DNA of 64,000 nucleotides from Labilithrix sp. GTDB taxonomy: Bacteria > Myxococcota_A > Polyangia > Polyangiales > Polyangiaceae. The notes under the pieces are model-generated. The model saw nothing but the letters and a program-made list of their open reading frames with translations, did not search any database and was not told the DNA's origin. Below are positions 35,870 to 46,139 of the stretch, piece after piece (positions within the stretch are counted from its first letter, which is position 1; the number at the start of each line of letters is the position of its first letter). The position numbers and the translations under genes were made by a program. Location of the stretch: the NCBI GenBank assembly GCA_026128965.1, contig JAHCIY010000002.1:1384108-1448107 (forward strand). The letters are read 5' to 3'.

Positions 35870-37333
35870 TCAGCCGCCGCGGAACGACTCGGGGTCGAGG
35901 CCGAAGCGCTTCATCCAGCGGTGGATCTGCATCCGGGTCTTGCCCATCGTGCGGGAGATCTCGCTGATGTTGCCCTTCGTCTTCGTCAGCGCGGCGACGA
36001 GGTCGTCCTTCAGCTTCAGGTCGTCCTCGGAGAGCTCCTTCGGGACCGCCGAGCGCGCGTGTTTGCCGGTGTCCTTGAGGCTCGTCCCGCCGCTGCGCGA
36101 CGAGGGGCGGTCGCGCTCCGGCTCCTCCGGCGCGCGCGACTTCTTCATCGCCTCGCCGACGCTCTCGAGGCGGAGCAGGTCCTCCGTCGACGTGACGAGG
36201 CCGACCGAGAGGATGTGCTCGAGCTCGCGGAAGTTGAGCGGGAAGTGGTGCTGCACGAGGGCGGTCCCGAGATCGGGCGCGAGGCGGATCTTCTCCGCGC
36301 GCTCGCCGGCGATGCGGGGGAGGATGTCCGCGGTGACGAGCCCGATGTCGGCCTTGCGCTCGCGGAGCGGCACGAGGCGATGCACGAACGCGGCGATGCG
36401 GGCGTAGAGATCGGCGCGGAAGCCGGGGTGCGTGTCGATCGGCTTGAGCGTCGCGGCGACGACGCGGAGATCGACCGGCACCGGCTTCGTCCCCCCGACG
36501 GGGAGGACCTCCTTCTCCTGCAACACGCGGAGGAGCGTGGCCTGCGCGCTCGCGGGGAGCTCGCCGATCTCGTCGAGGAACAACGTGCCGCCGGACGACG
36601 CGCGGACGAGGCCGGGCTCGTCCTTCAGCGCGCCGGAGAAGGCGCCCTTCAGGTGACCGAAGAGCTGGCTCTCCACCAGCGTCGGCGCGAGCGCGCCGCA
36701 GTTGATCGCGACGAACGGCCCGCTCCGCCCCGACAGCTTGTGGATCGTCTGCGCGAGGACCTCCTTCCCGGAGCCGCTCTCGCCGAGGAGGAGGATGGAG
36801 AGCTTCGACATCGCGACGCGCACGAGGCGCGGCATCGCCTGCTCCACCGCCGGGACGAGCGTGGCGGTGCCGCGCGGTCGCGACTTCAACGAAGGCGCGT
36901 CGACGGCCGCGGTCTTGATGTTGTCCGGCACCCGCTCCGCCGGATCGAAGAGCACGACCGTCGCGCCGAACGTGATGACGGTGACCTCCTCGAGCAGCGC
37001 CGACGGCGCGCGTTTGCCCTCGACGAACGTGCCGTTGGTGGAGCCCGAGTCCTCGAGCAGCCACGCGCCGTCCTCGCGGAAGATGCGCGCGTGTTTGCCG
37101 GACATGCGCGGGTCCGGGATCTCGAGCACCGCCTTCTTGCCGTCCTCGGCGCGCAGCGAGCGCGTCGCGCCGCGGCCGATGCGCAGCTCGTCGACGTTCG
37201 CGAGCGGGACGCGCATGCCGCTGGAGAGGACGCGCTCGCCCTCCAGAACGACGTAGAGGGCGGGCTCCTCGATGAAGCCGCCCTCGTTCGTCGAGAGATC
37301 CTCGCGCCGGGTCTGCGAGAGCGTATCGGACAT
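35870..37333 (-). CDS. Sigma-54-dependent transcriptional activator with N-terminal FHA domain
   Basis: FHA (ELRIGRG…DPRMSGKHARIF…GSTNGTFV). AAA+ Walker A GESGSGKE. GAFSGA motif. C-terminal Fis-type HTH (ISRTMGKTRMQIHRWMKRFGL). Confidence 0.9.
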   Translation of the reverse strand: MSDTLSQTRREDLSTNEGGFIEEPALYVVLEGERVLSSGMRVPLANVDELRIGRGATRSLRAEDGKKAVLEIPDPRMSGKHARIFREDGAWLLEDSGSTNGTFVEGKRAPSALLEEVTVITFGATVVLFDPAERVPDNIKTAAVDAPSLKSRPRGTATLVPAVEQAMPRLVRVAMSKLSILLLGESGSGKEVLAQTIHKLSGRSGPFVAINCGALAPTLVESQLFGHLKGAFSGALKDEPGLVRASSGGTLFLDEIGELPASAQATLLRVLQEKEVLPVGGTKPVPVDLRVVAATLKPIDTHPGFRADLYARIAAFVHRLVPLRERKADIGLVTADILPRIAGERAEKIRLAPDLGTALVQHHFPLNFRELEHILSVGLVTSTEDLLRLESVGEAMKKSRAPEEPERDRPSSRSGGTSLKDTGKHARSAVPKELSEDDLKLKDDLVAALTKTKGNISEISRTMGKTRMQIHRWMKRFGLDPESFRGG

Positions 37334-37368
37334 CTCGCTCGGCCGACCTCCTCGGAGGAGAGACTAGC

Positions 37369-38259
37369 CTATTCGCTGACCTTCGGGCTCGTCGGCAGAT
37401 GGATGCCGACGCCGACGAAGATCATCTGGTTGAACTTGAAGGTCTGATCCTCGGAGTCGATCTTCAAGTCCGGGAACGACGCGTCCGGGCCCGCGCCACG
37501 CGAGTCGAAGCCGCCGCGGTTGTACGAGAACGGGAACGCGCGGTACTCGACGTTGATGCTGAGGAAGCCCGACGGGTAGAGCGTGAGGCCGAGGCCGAAC
37601 GACGGCGCGATCGCGACGCGGTCGTTCGTGGCGAAGCTCGCCTGCGCGGTGCACGCCGTCTGGCCCGTACCGCCGCAGTTCGCGCGCTCCTTCACGCCGA
37701 CGAACGCGACGCCGCCGTGGAGGTAGAGGTCGGTGTCGACGAACAGCTTCTGGAAGAGGGCGAGCTTGCCGCGGAACGGGCTGAACGAGATCTGGGGCGT
37801 CGCCATCCAGCTCATCTTCCCGGCCTGGTCGCCGAACGCGGGGCTGCCGGCGTTGGCGGGGAGGTTCACCGCCGTGCGCGAGTTACGCGGCGCCGGCGTG
37901 TCGTCGATCCTGTCGGCGAGGTCGGTGTTGAGGCTGAGCGCGTCGGGCGAGAAACCGCCGAAGACGCCGATACCGAGCCAGTCGAAGAGGTTGTACTGGA
38001 GCCGCCCCGAGAGGAAGATCGTGCGCTTGTACTCGTCGAGGAGCGTGAAGCCGCCGCCGAGCGCGATCTCCGCGCGACCTTCGCGGTAGAGACGGAGCTT
38101 GCGGACGGCGGGGGCACCGGCGAGCGGACCGGTGAGCTGGATCTCCTGCGCTTGCGCCTCGGAGGGAGCGGCCGCGACGCCGAGCGCGACGGCGAGCGCG
38201 CCGACGACGCAACGTGCGGTGAAGCTGCGCTTCCGGCTGTTCATCTTGCGCGCTTTCAT
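37369..38259 (-). CDS. Outer-membrane beta-barrel protein (GltA/GltB/NfsA/NfsB-like candidate)
   Basis: Signal peptide …VALGVAAAPSEAQA. Alternating amphipathic beta-strands. Paralog of the upstream gene. ATGA overlap (38256-38259). Confidence 0.6.
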   Translation of the reverse strand: MKARKMNSRKRSFTARCVVGALAVALGVAAAPSEAQAQEIQLTGPLAGAPAVRKLRLYREGRAEIALGGGFTLLDEYKRTIFLSGRLQYNLFDWLGIGVFGGFSPDALSLNTDLADRIDDTPAPRNSRTAVNLPANAGSPAFGDQAGKMSWMATPQISFSPFRGKLALFQKLFVDTDLYLHGGVAFVGVKERANCGGTGQTACTAQASFATNDRVAIAPSFGLGLTLYPSGFLSINVEYRAFPFSYNRGGFDSRGAGPDASFPDLKIDSEDQTFKFNQMIFVGVGIHLPTSPKVSE

Positions 38260-39254
38260 TTCGGCAACCTGTATTCCCAGCTGAACGGCAAGAAGACGCT
38301 GATGCCAACCTGAGCCTGGACGTTCACCGTCAGCGGCTTCTCACCCAACCACGTGCCGGGGTCGGTCTGCTGCGCCTGCGTCGTCCCGACGTTCACGTTC
38401 TCGAGCTGCTCGATGTAGACGTAGTTGCGGACTTCGCCGATGACCGAGAACCAGCGGTTCAAGAAGACGCGGAGACCGAAGCCGAGGTTGAAGGCGATGC
38501 GGTGCTCGTAGTCGAACTTGCGGTTGTCGGGATCGATGACCGCGATCGGACGGGTGAAGAGGCCGCCGACGCCTCCGACGAGGTAGCCGTCGTAGTGGAA
38601 GATGAAGTTCCCGAAGCCGCTGAATTTCCCGTACATCGGGACGTACGTGAAGTTCACCGCGTAGCCCGCGAGGTACTCGTTCAGCGGGACCGCGAGGCGC
38701 GTCGCGCGGCGGTTCTCGAAGTTGAAGTCGGCGTCCCCGTTGAAGGGTTGGTAGTACGTGCCGTTGATGCCGACCGCGAGCACGTTCGTCAGGTAGTAGT
38801 TCACCGCGAGGCCGGGGCCCGGGTGGGTGACGAACTGGTCGTTGAGGCTGAAGCTCCAGTACGGGTTCACCTCGAAGCGACCGCGGCGGAGCGCGTAGAT
38901 CTGCTGCACCGCGTAGACGTCGGCCTTGACGTCACGACCCGCGAGCTTCGCCACGTCCGCCTGCTTGGGGCAGGCGGTGGGGTCGATCTCGCAGATGCCG
39001 CCGCCGGTGTTCGTGTCGCCACCGGTGGTGGGGGGCGGCTCGGGCGGTGGTACGGCGGGCTGGTCGGGCGGCGGCGTGTTCGGATCGTCGATCTCGATGT
39101 CACCGCCCGCCGGCTGCGTGGGCTGGGTGGGCTTTGCTGCCGGTTTCGTCGTTCCCGGTTTGGCGCCGGGCTTCTTCTGCTGCGCGAACGCAGCCGAGGG
39201 CAGCAGCAACAACGCCACCACCAGAAGGAGCCAGCTTCGAGCGTGCTTCATCAA
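38256..39254 (-). CDS. Outer-membrane beta-barrel protein (paralog; Pro-rich N-terminal linker)
   Basis: Signal peptide MMKHARSWLLLVVALLLLPSAAFA. Pro/Thr-rich linker. Beta-strand-rich C-terminal 230 aa ending in an aromatic-rich terminus (…FSWEYRLPK). Confidence 0.6.
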   Translation of the reverse strand: MMKHARSWLLLVVALLLLPSAAFAQQKKPGAKPGTTKPAAKPTQPTQPAGGDIEIDDPNTPPPDQPAVPPPEPPPTTGGDTNTGGGICEIDPTACPKQADVAKLAGRDVKADVYAVQQIYALRRGRFEVNPYWSFSLNDQFVTHPGPGLAVNYYLTNVLAVGINGTYYQPFNGDADFNFENRRATRLAVPLNEYLAGYAVNFTYVPMYGKFSGFGNFIFHYDGYLVGGVGGLFTRPIAVIDPDNRKFDYEHRIAFNLGFGLRVFLNRWFSVIGEVRNYVYIEQLENVNVGTTQAQQTDPGTWLGEKPLTVNVQAQVGISVFLPFSWEYRLPK

Positions 39255-39371
39255 GAACCCCTTCTACGGAACGGCTTGCAAAGCTTCAAAAACATTGAGA
39301 AAATCAGGGGTACTGCAGAGTTGCAGGCCACGATAACACGGATGTTTTTGGCCGAGCAATCCAATTCTCTT

Positions 39372-40613
39372 TCACGCCGCAGCCGCGTCGTCGTCATCCT
39401 TGCCAAACAAGGCCTCGACGAAGTCCGCCGCGACGAATTCCCTGAGATCCTCGGCGCGTTCGCCCAGGCCGATGTAGCGGACGGGGACCTTCAGCTCGTC
39501 GCAGACCCCCAGGACGACCCCGCCTTTGGCGGTTCCATCGAGCTTCGTGAGGATGATGCCGGTGAGCTCGAGGGCCTCCTTGAAGAGCGCCGCCTGCGTG
39601 AGCGCGTTCTGTCCCGTGGTCGCGTCGATGACCAGGAGCGTCTCGTGGGGCGCCCCTTCCATCGCCTTCGCGATGGTGCGCTTCACCTTCTTGATCTCGT
39701 CCATCAGGTTCACCTTCGTGTGAAGACGACCTGCAGTGTCCACGAGAAGAATTTCGGCTCCACTTTCTGTGGCCTTCTTCGTCGCCTCGAAGGCGACCGC
39801 GCCCGGATCGGCGCCTTCCTTGCCCTTCACGACGTCGGCGCCGACGCGTTTGCCCCAGACCTCGAGCTGCTGCACCGCCGCGGCGCGGAACGTGTCGCCG
39901 GCGCCGAGGATCACCTTCTTGCCCTCGGCGTTCCACTTCGTCGCGAGCTTCCCGATCGACGTGGTCTTGCCGACGCCGTTGACGCCGACCATCAAGACGA
40001 CGAGCGGCTTCGCGCCCTTCGGGGGCGCCTGCACCGGGAGCGAGAGGATGCGCGTCGCCTCGGCGCGCAACGCGGCCCACACCGCGTCGCTGTCCGCGAG
40101 CTCGTTCTTCTTCAGCTGATCGCGGAGCCGCTCGAGGATCGCCTGCGTGGTCTTCACGCCGACGTCGCTCGTGATCATCACCTCCTCGATCTGGTCGAGG
40201 ATCGCGGGGTCGATCTCCTTCTTCCCCGTGATGAGCGCCTTCAGCTTCGCCATGAAGCCGCCGCGCGTCGCGGCGAGGCCCTTCCGCAGGCCGGCGACGT
40301 CCTTCTTCGAGACGACGGGCGGGGCCTCCGCGGTCGGCGCGGCCGAGGGCGGCGGCGCGGGCGCTTCTTCTTCCGCTGGGACCTTCGCCGACGGGGCCTT
40401 CGTGGACGGGGCCTTCGTCGACTCCGGCACCTCCGTCTTCGTCGACGGCACCTTCGTGGACGGGACGCTCTCCGCCTTCTTGGCGGGCGGCGGCGCCGCC
40501 TCGGGGCGCTTCGCGGCCGGTTCGGGGAGCGCCGGCTTCTTCCGGAAGAAGAGGAGGTACGCCAGGACCGCCGCCACGATGACGACGCCGATGATGAGGG
40601 GCAGCTTGTCCAT
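39372..40613 (-). CDS. ftsY: Signal recognition particle receptor FtsY
   Basis: N-terminal TM and acidic/Pro-rich region. NG domain motifs [20 protein letters not shown] and [10 protein letters not shown]. Confidence 0.9.
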   Translation of the reverse strand: MDKLPLIIGVVIVAAVLAYLLFFRKKPALPEPAAKRPEAAPPPAKKAESVPSTKVPSTKTEVPESTKAPSTKAPSAKVPAEEEAPAPPPSAAPTAEAPPVVSKKDVAGLRKGLAATRGGFMAKLKALITGKKEIDPAILDQIEEVMITSDVGVKTTQAILERLRDQLKKNELADSDAVWAALRAEATRILSLPVQAPPKGAKPLVVLMVGVNGVGKTTSIGKLATKWNAEGKKVILGAGDTFRAAAVQQLEVWGKRVGADVVKGKEGADPGAVAFEATKKATESGAEILLVDTAGRLHTKVNLMDEIKKVKRTIAKAMEGAPHETLLVIDATTGQNALTQAALFKEALELTGIILTKLDGTAKGGVVLGVCDELKVPVRYIGLGERAEDLREFVAADFVEALFGKDDDDAAAA

Positions 40614-40651
40614 CGAGGTGTGCTCCTTATATGGAGAGCGGCCTTACCCCG

Positions 40652-42442
40652 TCAACGTTGCGTCGGATCGGCGGGTTTGTCGGGCTCGAGCCGCGCGACC
40701 TCGGCCTCGGTCCGGGCGTCGACGTCCCCCGGGCCGAACACCGCATTCTCCATCGCGGCCGCCCATTTGGCGGCGCCGGCCTCGCGCGGATCGCCCTGCG
40801 CGGCGCGGCGGACGTGGCCGGGGGTCGGCTCGGGGCGGACGTCGAAGGGGGCGCCGCGCTTCTTCGCGAACGCGACGAGCTGCGCGAGGAGCGCGCGCCG
40901 TCGCGCCGCGAGCGCGATCGTGAGCTCGCCGGGGGCGGGGAGGGTCTGCGAGAGCCGCGCGTGGAGGTGGCCCTCCGCGATGATGCTCTCGTCGCCGGCG
41001 ATGGGCCCGATGCCCTTCAGCGTGAAGCGGCCGTCCGGTCCGGTCTCGAAGCCGACGAGGCTCGCGCGGCCGTCGAAGGTGCCACGCTCGATCCACACGC
41101 GCGCGCCGGCGATCGGCGTGCCTTCGTGGGCGTCGACGATCTTGCCGGTCCATCCTTCCTGACCGCGCTCGGCGGGGCGCACGACCTCGATGCGCGGCGT
41201 CGGATCGGGGAGCGGATCCGGTTTCCCCGGCGCGGGCTCCGGCTTGATCTTCGGTCCCGACACGCGGCCGACGAGGAAGAACGCGATCACGGCGAGCCCG
41301 GCGAGGAGGAGCGGCGCCTTCGAGAGCAGCGACGGCCCGCGGATCGGCACCCGGATCACCGGCTCGCCGATCGGCTCGTACCAAGGCGCGGACGGGACGT
41401 AGCGGAGGCGCACGAACGCTTCGCTCGACGTCGTCGCGAACGTGAGCGTGAGCCGCGCGATGCCTCGCTCGACCGGCGCCGCGCCGACGACGACCTCGCC
41501 GACGCGCGCCTCGATCGATCCTTCGCCGACGGGGCCGAGGCTCGACGTGACGTCGGCGACGATCGGGATCCCTTCCTCCGGGACCTTCGGCTCGAGCTCG
41601 CCGCGCTCGGCGGCGGGCACCTTCACGTTGACCTTCACGTGACGCTCGATCTCGTGCGTCGTCGTCGTCGCCGCGATGTCGGTGTTGCCGGCGAACGACG
41701 CGCGCAGCTCGCCGACGCCGGGCGGCCCCGCCTTCGCGCCGGAGAACGCGAAGCGCGCGCGTCCGGAGCCGTCCGACGTCGCGCGCGCGATCTCCTCCTT
41801 CTCGTTCGACAGCACGACGACGAGGCCGGGCGCGACGTGCGGCGAGTCCTCGTCGTCGTGCAGCGCGACGGCCTCGACCGTCACGCGCGGCGTGTCGAGC
41901 TCGAGCACCTTCGGCTCGGGATCGAATTTCAAGGCGAGCCCGCGGCGCGAGAGGTCGAAGCCGATCTCGCGCTCGGCGCCGTCGACGAGGCCGCGGCCCC
42001 CGGGCGGCGCGAACACGACCGTCGCTTTGTAGCGATCGGGCTCGAGCGGCGCGCGGAAGCAGAAGCGGCCGGCCTCGTCGGTGGTGATCGCCACCTCCGG
42101 CGCCTCGCGCGGCCCCTGCACCTTCACGACCTGCGCGTGGCCTCTGTCGCACGATCTCGCAGCTCGGATCCCCTCCGCCACCATGGCGTCGTGCGGGTCC
42201 GTCTCGCGCGCGACGCGGACGATCACCGGCTGCCCCGGCATCGCGAGCGAGGCGTCGTCGGTCAATGTGCCGCTGAGGACGAGCTCGGTACGCGCCGCGT
42301 CACCGCCGACCTGCTCCCGCCACCCACGCGCGGAGATCTTCGCCGCTCCACGCACCCGCACTTTCAGCGGCGCGGCGTGCGCGGCCTCGATCATCGCGAA
42401 GAACGCGATGATGAAGAGGCACGCTTGCGAGAGTCTCCACAT
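40652..42442 (-). CDS. Membrane-anchored protein with carboxypeptidase-regulatory-like (CarboxypepD_reg/Ig-like) domains
   Basis: ATG at 42440-42442. Signal peptide. Repeated DEAGRF and GPDGRF beta-sandwich motifs. Internal TM LLLAGLAVIAFFLV. Confidence 0.6.
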   Translation of the reverse strand: MWRLSQACLFIIAFFAMIEAAHAAPLKVRVRGAAKISARGWREQVGGDAARTELVLSGTLTDDASLAMPGQPVIVRVARETDPHDAMVAEGIRAARSCDRGHAQVVKVQGPREAPEVAITTDEAGRFCFRAPLEPDRYKATVVFAPPGGRGLVDGAEREIGFDLSRRGLALKFDPEPKVLELDTPRVTVEAVALHDDEDSPHVAPGLVVVLSNEKEEIARATSDGSGRARFAFSGAKAGPPGVGELRASFAGNTDIAATTTTHEIERHVKVNVKVPAAERGELEPKVPEEGIPIVADVTSSLGPVGEGSIEARVGEVVVGAAPVERGIARLTLTFATTSSEAFVRLRYVPSAPWYEPIGEPVIRVPIRGPSLLSKAPLLLAGLAVIAFFLVGRVSGPKIKPEPAPGKPDPLPDPTPRIEVVRPAERGQEGWTGKIVDAHEGTPIAGARVWIERGTFDGRASLVGFETGPDGRFTLKGIGPIAGDESIIAEGHLHARLSQTLPAPGELTIALAARRRALLAQLVAFAKKRGAPFDVRPEPTPGHVRRAAQGDPREAGAAKWAAAMENAVFGPGDVDARTEAEVARLEPDKPADPTQR

Positions 42443-42580
42443 GGGTGACATCATCGTTGATCGCCCGGAGGTCCAAGCCAATGGACTGCATCGTCGCGTT
42501 GAAGTTTTGGCCGGCGCGGCCGTCGATCTTCCCGCTGAACTATGTGGAGCCAGCGAAAAGCTGTTCCGGAGGCGTGGCGG

Positions 42581-43432
42581 ATGCGTAGACTTGGCTTCGT
42601 GAGACGGCTGCGGGGAAGCGTCATGGCTGCGTCGCTATGTGCGGGCGCGTTGTTCGCGTTCACGCCCGGCGACGCGCATGCGGACAGCGAGCGGATCAGA
42701 TACCTCTCCGAGAAGATGAGGGACAGCGACGCGCGTGTTCGCACGTCCGCCGCGCTCTCGCTCGGCGGAACCAACGACGAAGGCGCGGTCGATCCGCTCT
42801 GCGGCGGGCTCGGCGATCGAGAAGAAGGCGTACGCCAGGCGGCGACGGCGGGCTTGAAGCTCCTCAACAAGCGCAGCGCCTTGCCTTGCCTCGAGGCGCA
42901 CCTGCGCACGGAGTCGAGCGCGGCGGTGAGGGACGCGATCTCGCTCGCGATCAACACGATCAACAAGTCGGGCGGCGGCGGGGACGTGATCAAGGACAAC
43001 CCCAACGCCAAGTACTACATCTCTCTCTCGTCGGTCGCGAACGCGACGAGCCGCGCGAACGCGGAGGTCGAGAAGATCGTCCTCAATTCGGTGAAGGCGA
43101 AGCTCGACGCTGCGGGCACGGTGCAGCTCGCGCCGTCGGCGGGGGAGACGCCGGAGAAGGCGCGGCAGGTGATCAAGGACAAGAAGCTGAAGGGCGGCTT
43201 CTACCTCGCGATCGCGATCGACAACTTCCAGTACGACGGCGGCAACCTTCGCGTGAAGGTGAAGATCGGCGTCTTCAATTACCCGAACAAGTCACTGCTC
43301 GGTAACGTCGACAAGTCGCTCACGGCCCAAGGCGTGTCGAGCGGCGACAAGGCGTCCGAGGACCGTCTCTTGGAGCTCGCGGCGGGTCTCGCCAGCGAGC
43401 AGTTCGCGAACAACGCGTCGCAGTTCTTGTGA
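42581..43432 (+). CDS. Secreted HEAT-repeat protein with C-terminal beta-rich domain
   Basis: Signal peptide. HEAT-like repeats (DARVRTSAALSLG…EEGVRQAATAGLKLL…AAVRDAISLAI). Confidence 0.55.
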   Translation: MRRLGFVRRLRGSVMAASLCAGALFAFTPGDAHADSERIRYLSEKMRDSDARVRTSAALSLGGTNDEGAVDPLCGGLGDREEGVRQAATAGLKLLNKRSALPCLEAHLRTESSAAVRDAISLAINTINKSGGGGDVIKDNPNAKYYISLSSVANATSRANAEVEKIVLNSVKAKLDAAGTVQLAPSAGETPEKARQVIKDKKLKGGFYLAIAIDNFQYDGGNLRVKVKIGVFNYPNKSLLGNVDKSLTAQGVSSGDKASEDRLLELAAGLASEQFANNASQFL

Positions 43433-43448
43433 TCTTGAGAGGAACGTC

Positions 43449-44195
43449 ATGACCACGTCCGCCGAGCCCCGGCCCGCAGCTCCCGTCAAATACAAGCGGA
43501 GCATCAAGAACTACCTGCTAGACGCGAGGTTCCAGCTCAAATGGACCGGGCGCATCATCTTCGTCGCGCTCTTCATCAGCGCGCTGATGGGGTTCCTCCT
43601 CTTCCGCACGAGCGACAAGCTGACGGAGCAGAGCCAGCAGGTCATCGCGCAGGGTGAGAAGCAGATCGCCGAGAGCGAGACGAGCGCGAAGATCGTCGCG
43701 ATGCAGATGGCGGAGAAGTACGCGGACGAGCCGGCGCTCGCCAAGAACTTCAAGGACGAGGAGGACAAGCGCATGGCGGCGCTGCAGCAGCAGCGTGACG
43801 ACCTCAAGGCGCAGGCGCTCAAGACGGCGGAGCAGCAGACGACGATGAAGGTCACGCTCGTCGCAGGCCTCCTTCTCCTCGTCGTGCTCATCGGCATCCT
43901 CGGCATCTTCTTCACGCACAAGGTCGTCGGCCCGATTCACATGATGAAGATCCTCCTTCGTCAGGTCGGCGACGGAAAGCTCAACTTCCACCGCAAGCCC
44001 CGCAAGGGCGACGAGCTCCAGGACTTCTTCCAGGTATTCGCCGAAATGGTCGAAAAGCTGAAGGCCCGCCAAGCCGAAGAGGTAAAGACCCTCGAAGCCG
44101 CGATGGCCGAAGCCAAGGCAACCGGCGCCAGCGACGCCGCAATCGCGAAGATCGCCCTCGTCCGCGACGAGATGCAAGCCGCCCTCGGCAAGTAG
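43449..44195 (+). CDS. Two-TM membrane protein with HAMP domain
   Basis: TM1 IIFVALFISALMGFLLF. Coiled-coil periplasmic segment. TM2 LVAGLLLLVVLIGILGIFF. HAMP segment THKVVGPIHMMKILLRQVGDGKLNF. No output domain. Confidence 0.6.
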   Translation: MTTSAEPRPAAPVKYKRSIKNYLLDARFQLKWTGRIIFVALFISALMGFLLFRTSDKLTEQSQQVIAQGEKQIAESETSAKIVAMQMAEKYADEPALAKNFKDEEDKRMAALQQQRDDLKAQALKTAEQQTTMKVTLVAGLLLLVVLIGILGIFFTHKVVGPIHMMKILLRQVGDGKLNFHRKPRKGDELQDFFQVFAEMVEKLKARQAEEVKTLEAAMAEAKATGASDAAIAKIALVRDEMQAALGK

Positions 44196-44207
44196 TCTTT
44201 CACGGTC

Positions 44208-45235
44208 AGGGGCTTCGCCCCCGACACCCCCACCCCGCGAACACGGCCCTCGCGCTGCGCGCTCGGGTTGCTTCGCAACCGCTGTCGCGGCCGCTTTCGC
44301 GGGGCCCCGGTCCCGCTCGCAAAGCCGCTCGCGCACGGCCCTCGCGCTGCGCGCTCGCGCACGGCCCTCGCGCTTCGCTCGGGTTGCTTCGCACCCGCTT
44401 TCGCGGGCCCGGTCGCAAGCCGCTCGCGCAGCGCGCTCGCGCACGGTCCTCGCGCAGCGCGCTCGTGTTGCTTCGCGCCCGCTGTCGCGGCCGCTTCGCG
44501 GGGCCCCGCTCGCAAGCCGCTAGCGCTCGGCGTGCACGCCGTGCGCGCTCGGTGGTGGGCGCAAGCCGCTCGCGCACGGTCCTCGCGCAGCGCGCTCGTG
44601 TTGCTTCGCGGCCGCTTTCGCGGGGCCCCGGTCGCAGGCCGGCCGCGCTCGGCGTGCACGCCGCGCGCGTTCGGTGGTGGGCGCAAGCCGTTCGCGCTCG
44701 GTGGCGGCTGCGACCGGTCGTGGGGCGCAAAGCCGCTCGCGCTCGGTGGTGGGCTCGGCGCGCCCGCTGTTCGCGCTCCGTAGCGCTCGGGCGTCCGCCG
44801 TTCGTGCTCGGTCGTGGTCGTCGGTCGCCAGCCGTTCTCGCTCGGTGGGGGCTCCGGCACAGCCGGTCGCCTCGGTCATGGGCGCGTTCGCGTTCGCGCT
44901 CGTGGGGTCGCCCAGCCGTTCGCCTCGGTCGTGGGGTCCGCCGGCGGTCGTGAGCCGTTCGCGCTCGGTCGTGGGGGCGCCGGTCGCCAGCCGTTCGCCT
45001 CGGTCGTGGGTGCGCCGGCGGTCGTGAGCCGTTCGCGCTCGGTCGTGGGGGCGCCACCGATCGCCAGCCGTTCGCGCTCGGTCGTGGGGGCGCCACCGAT
45101 CGCCAGCCGTTCGCGCTCGGTCGTAGGGTCGCCACCGATCGCCAGCCGTTCGCCTTGGTCATGGGGGCCGCCGGTCGTGAGCCGTTCGCCTCGGTCGTGG
45201 GGTCGCTGCTGGTCGTGAGCCGTTCGCGCTCGGTC
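44208..45235. repeat. ~1-kb noncoding tandem-repeat array seeded by an inverted REP/MITE-like element
   Basis: Begins with the inverted core (ggggcttcgcccccgacacccccacccc…gggttgcttcgcaacc). Followed by about five decaying partial copies. Then ~10 tandem 39-nt units (ccgttcgcgctcggtcgtgggggcgccaccgatcgccag) with point variants. Units lack unique spacers, so it is not a CRISPR. Confidence 0.8.
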
Positions 45236-45648
45236 GTGGGGCGCGCGGCACGGACAGGCGGGCCACGGGCGCAGACGCGGCGCCGCGGGAGGGACGCCGC
45301 ATCTACGTGCGCTTTCTTTAGGCGCGCACGACTCTCCAGTTCGCTGCGACGCCTTCGGTATGCGGCGTCGCGAGGATCTGCCTTTCGCTCCGCATCGCGC
45401 CTGCATCCCAGCCACCGATCCATTCCCGAGTCCACCACCCAGCCCCCAGCATCCGAGTCGCCGCACGCTCCACCGCAAAGCACCCGCACGACGGCCGCTC
45501 GGCCCTCTTCGCGGGCGTCCGACTTCCGCGTTCGGTCGCGAGCGCAGATGCGGAGCGCGCCGCTGGAGCGGGCCTCTGCACGTCGGGTGTCGGGTTCGTG
45601 CGTGTGGGTTTCACGCAACTTCGCGGTGCGGCGACCGAGCAGCGCGCG

Positions 45649-46128
45649 ATGACGCATGCATCGAAGCCGTCCGGCGACGCAGCGGCCTATGAGCGCGCCG
45701 AACATCCCGCGGCGCGCGAACCTCCCGTTGCGCGTGGCGAACGCTCCGCTGCGCGTGGCGAACGGTCTGCGGTGAGGAGCACCGTGTCGGTTGGGCGTGA
45801 GTACGAGGATGCTGCGGTCGAGGTCCTGCGGGGGGCGGGCTTCGAGGTTCTCTGGCGGAACCTGCGTATCGGGCACCTCGAGGTCGACCTCGTCGCGCGG
45901 CGCGATGACCTCGTGGTCATCGTGGAGGTCCGCTACCGCGGCGGAAGTGCGCTCGACACGGCGCTCGCGAGCGTCACACGACAAAAGCGCGCGCGGCTAC
46001 TCCGCGCCGCTCGCGGCCTCTGGCGCGGGCGCCTGAGCAAGATGCAAGGCATCTCCCGAGTCCGCCTCGACGTGATCGCGATCAACCCCTCCGGCACGAA
46101 GTGGATTGAAGGCGCCTTCACGGAGTAG
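45649..46128 (+). CDS. YraN-family (UPF0102) endonuclease
   Basis: GREYEDAAVEVLRGAGFEVLWRNLRIGHLEVDLVARRDDLVVIVEVRYR matches the YraN core. Start uncertain (ATG 45649 or GTG 45772). Confidence 0.7.
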   Translation: MTHASKPSGDAAAYERAEHPAAREPPVARGERSAARGERSAVRSTVSVGREYEDAAVEVLRGAGFEVLWRNLRIGHLEVDLVARRDDLVVIVEVRYRGGSALDTALASVTRQKRARLLRAARGLWRGRLSKMQGISRVRLDVIAINPSGTKWIEGAFTE

Positions 46129-46139
46129 CGCGCGGGCTC

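Noticed and set aside
44208-45235. Possible CRISPR array
   Set aside because: Repeat units vary, spacing is irregular, and no unique spacers of constant length separate the repeats. No cas genes nearby.
44206-45984. ORFs on both strands across the tandem-repeat array, for example the 592-aa, 200-aa and 189-aa ORFs
   Set aside because: They encode only iterated repeat peptides created by the DNA repeat. They have no start context and are present on both strands. The region is judged noncoding.
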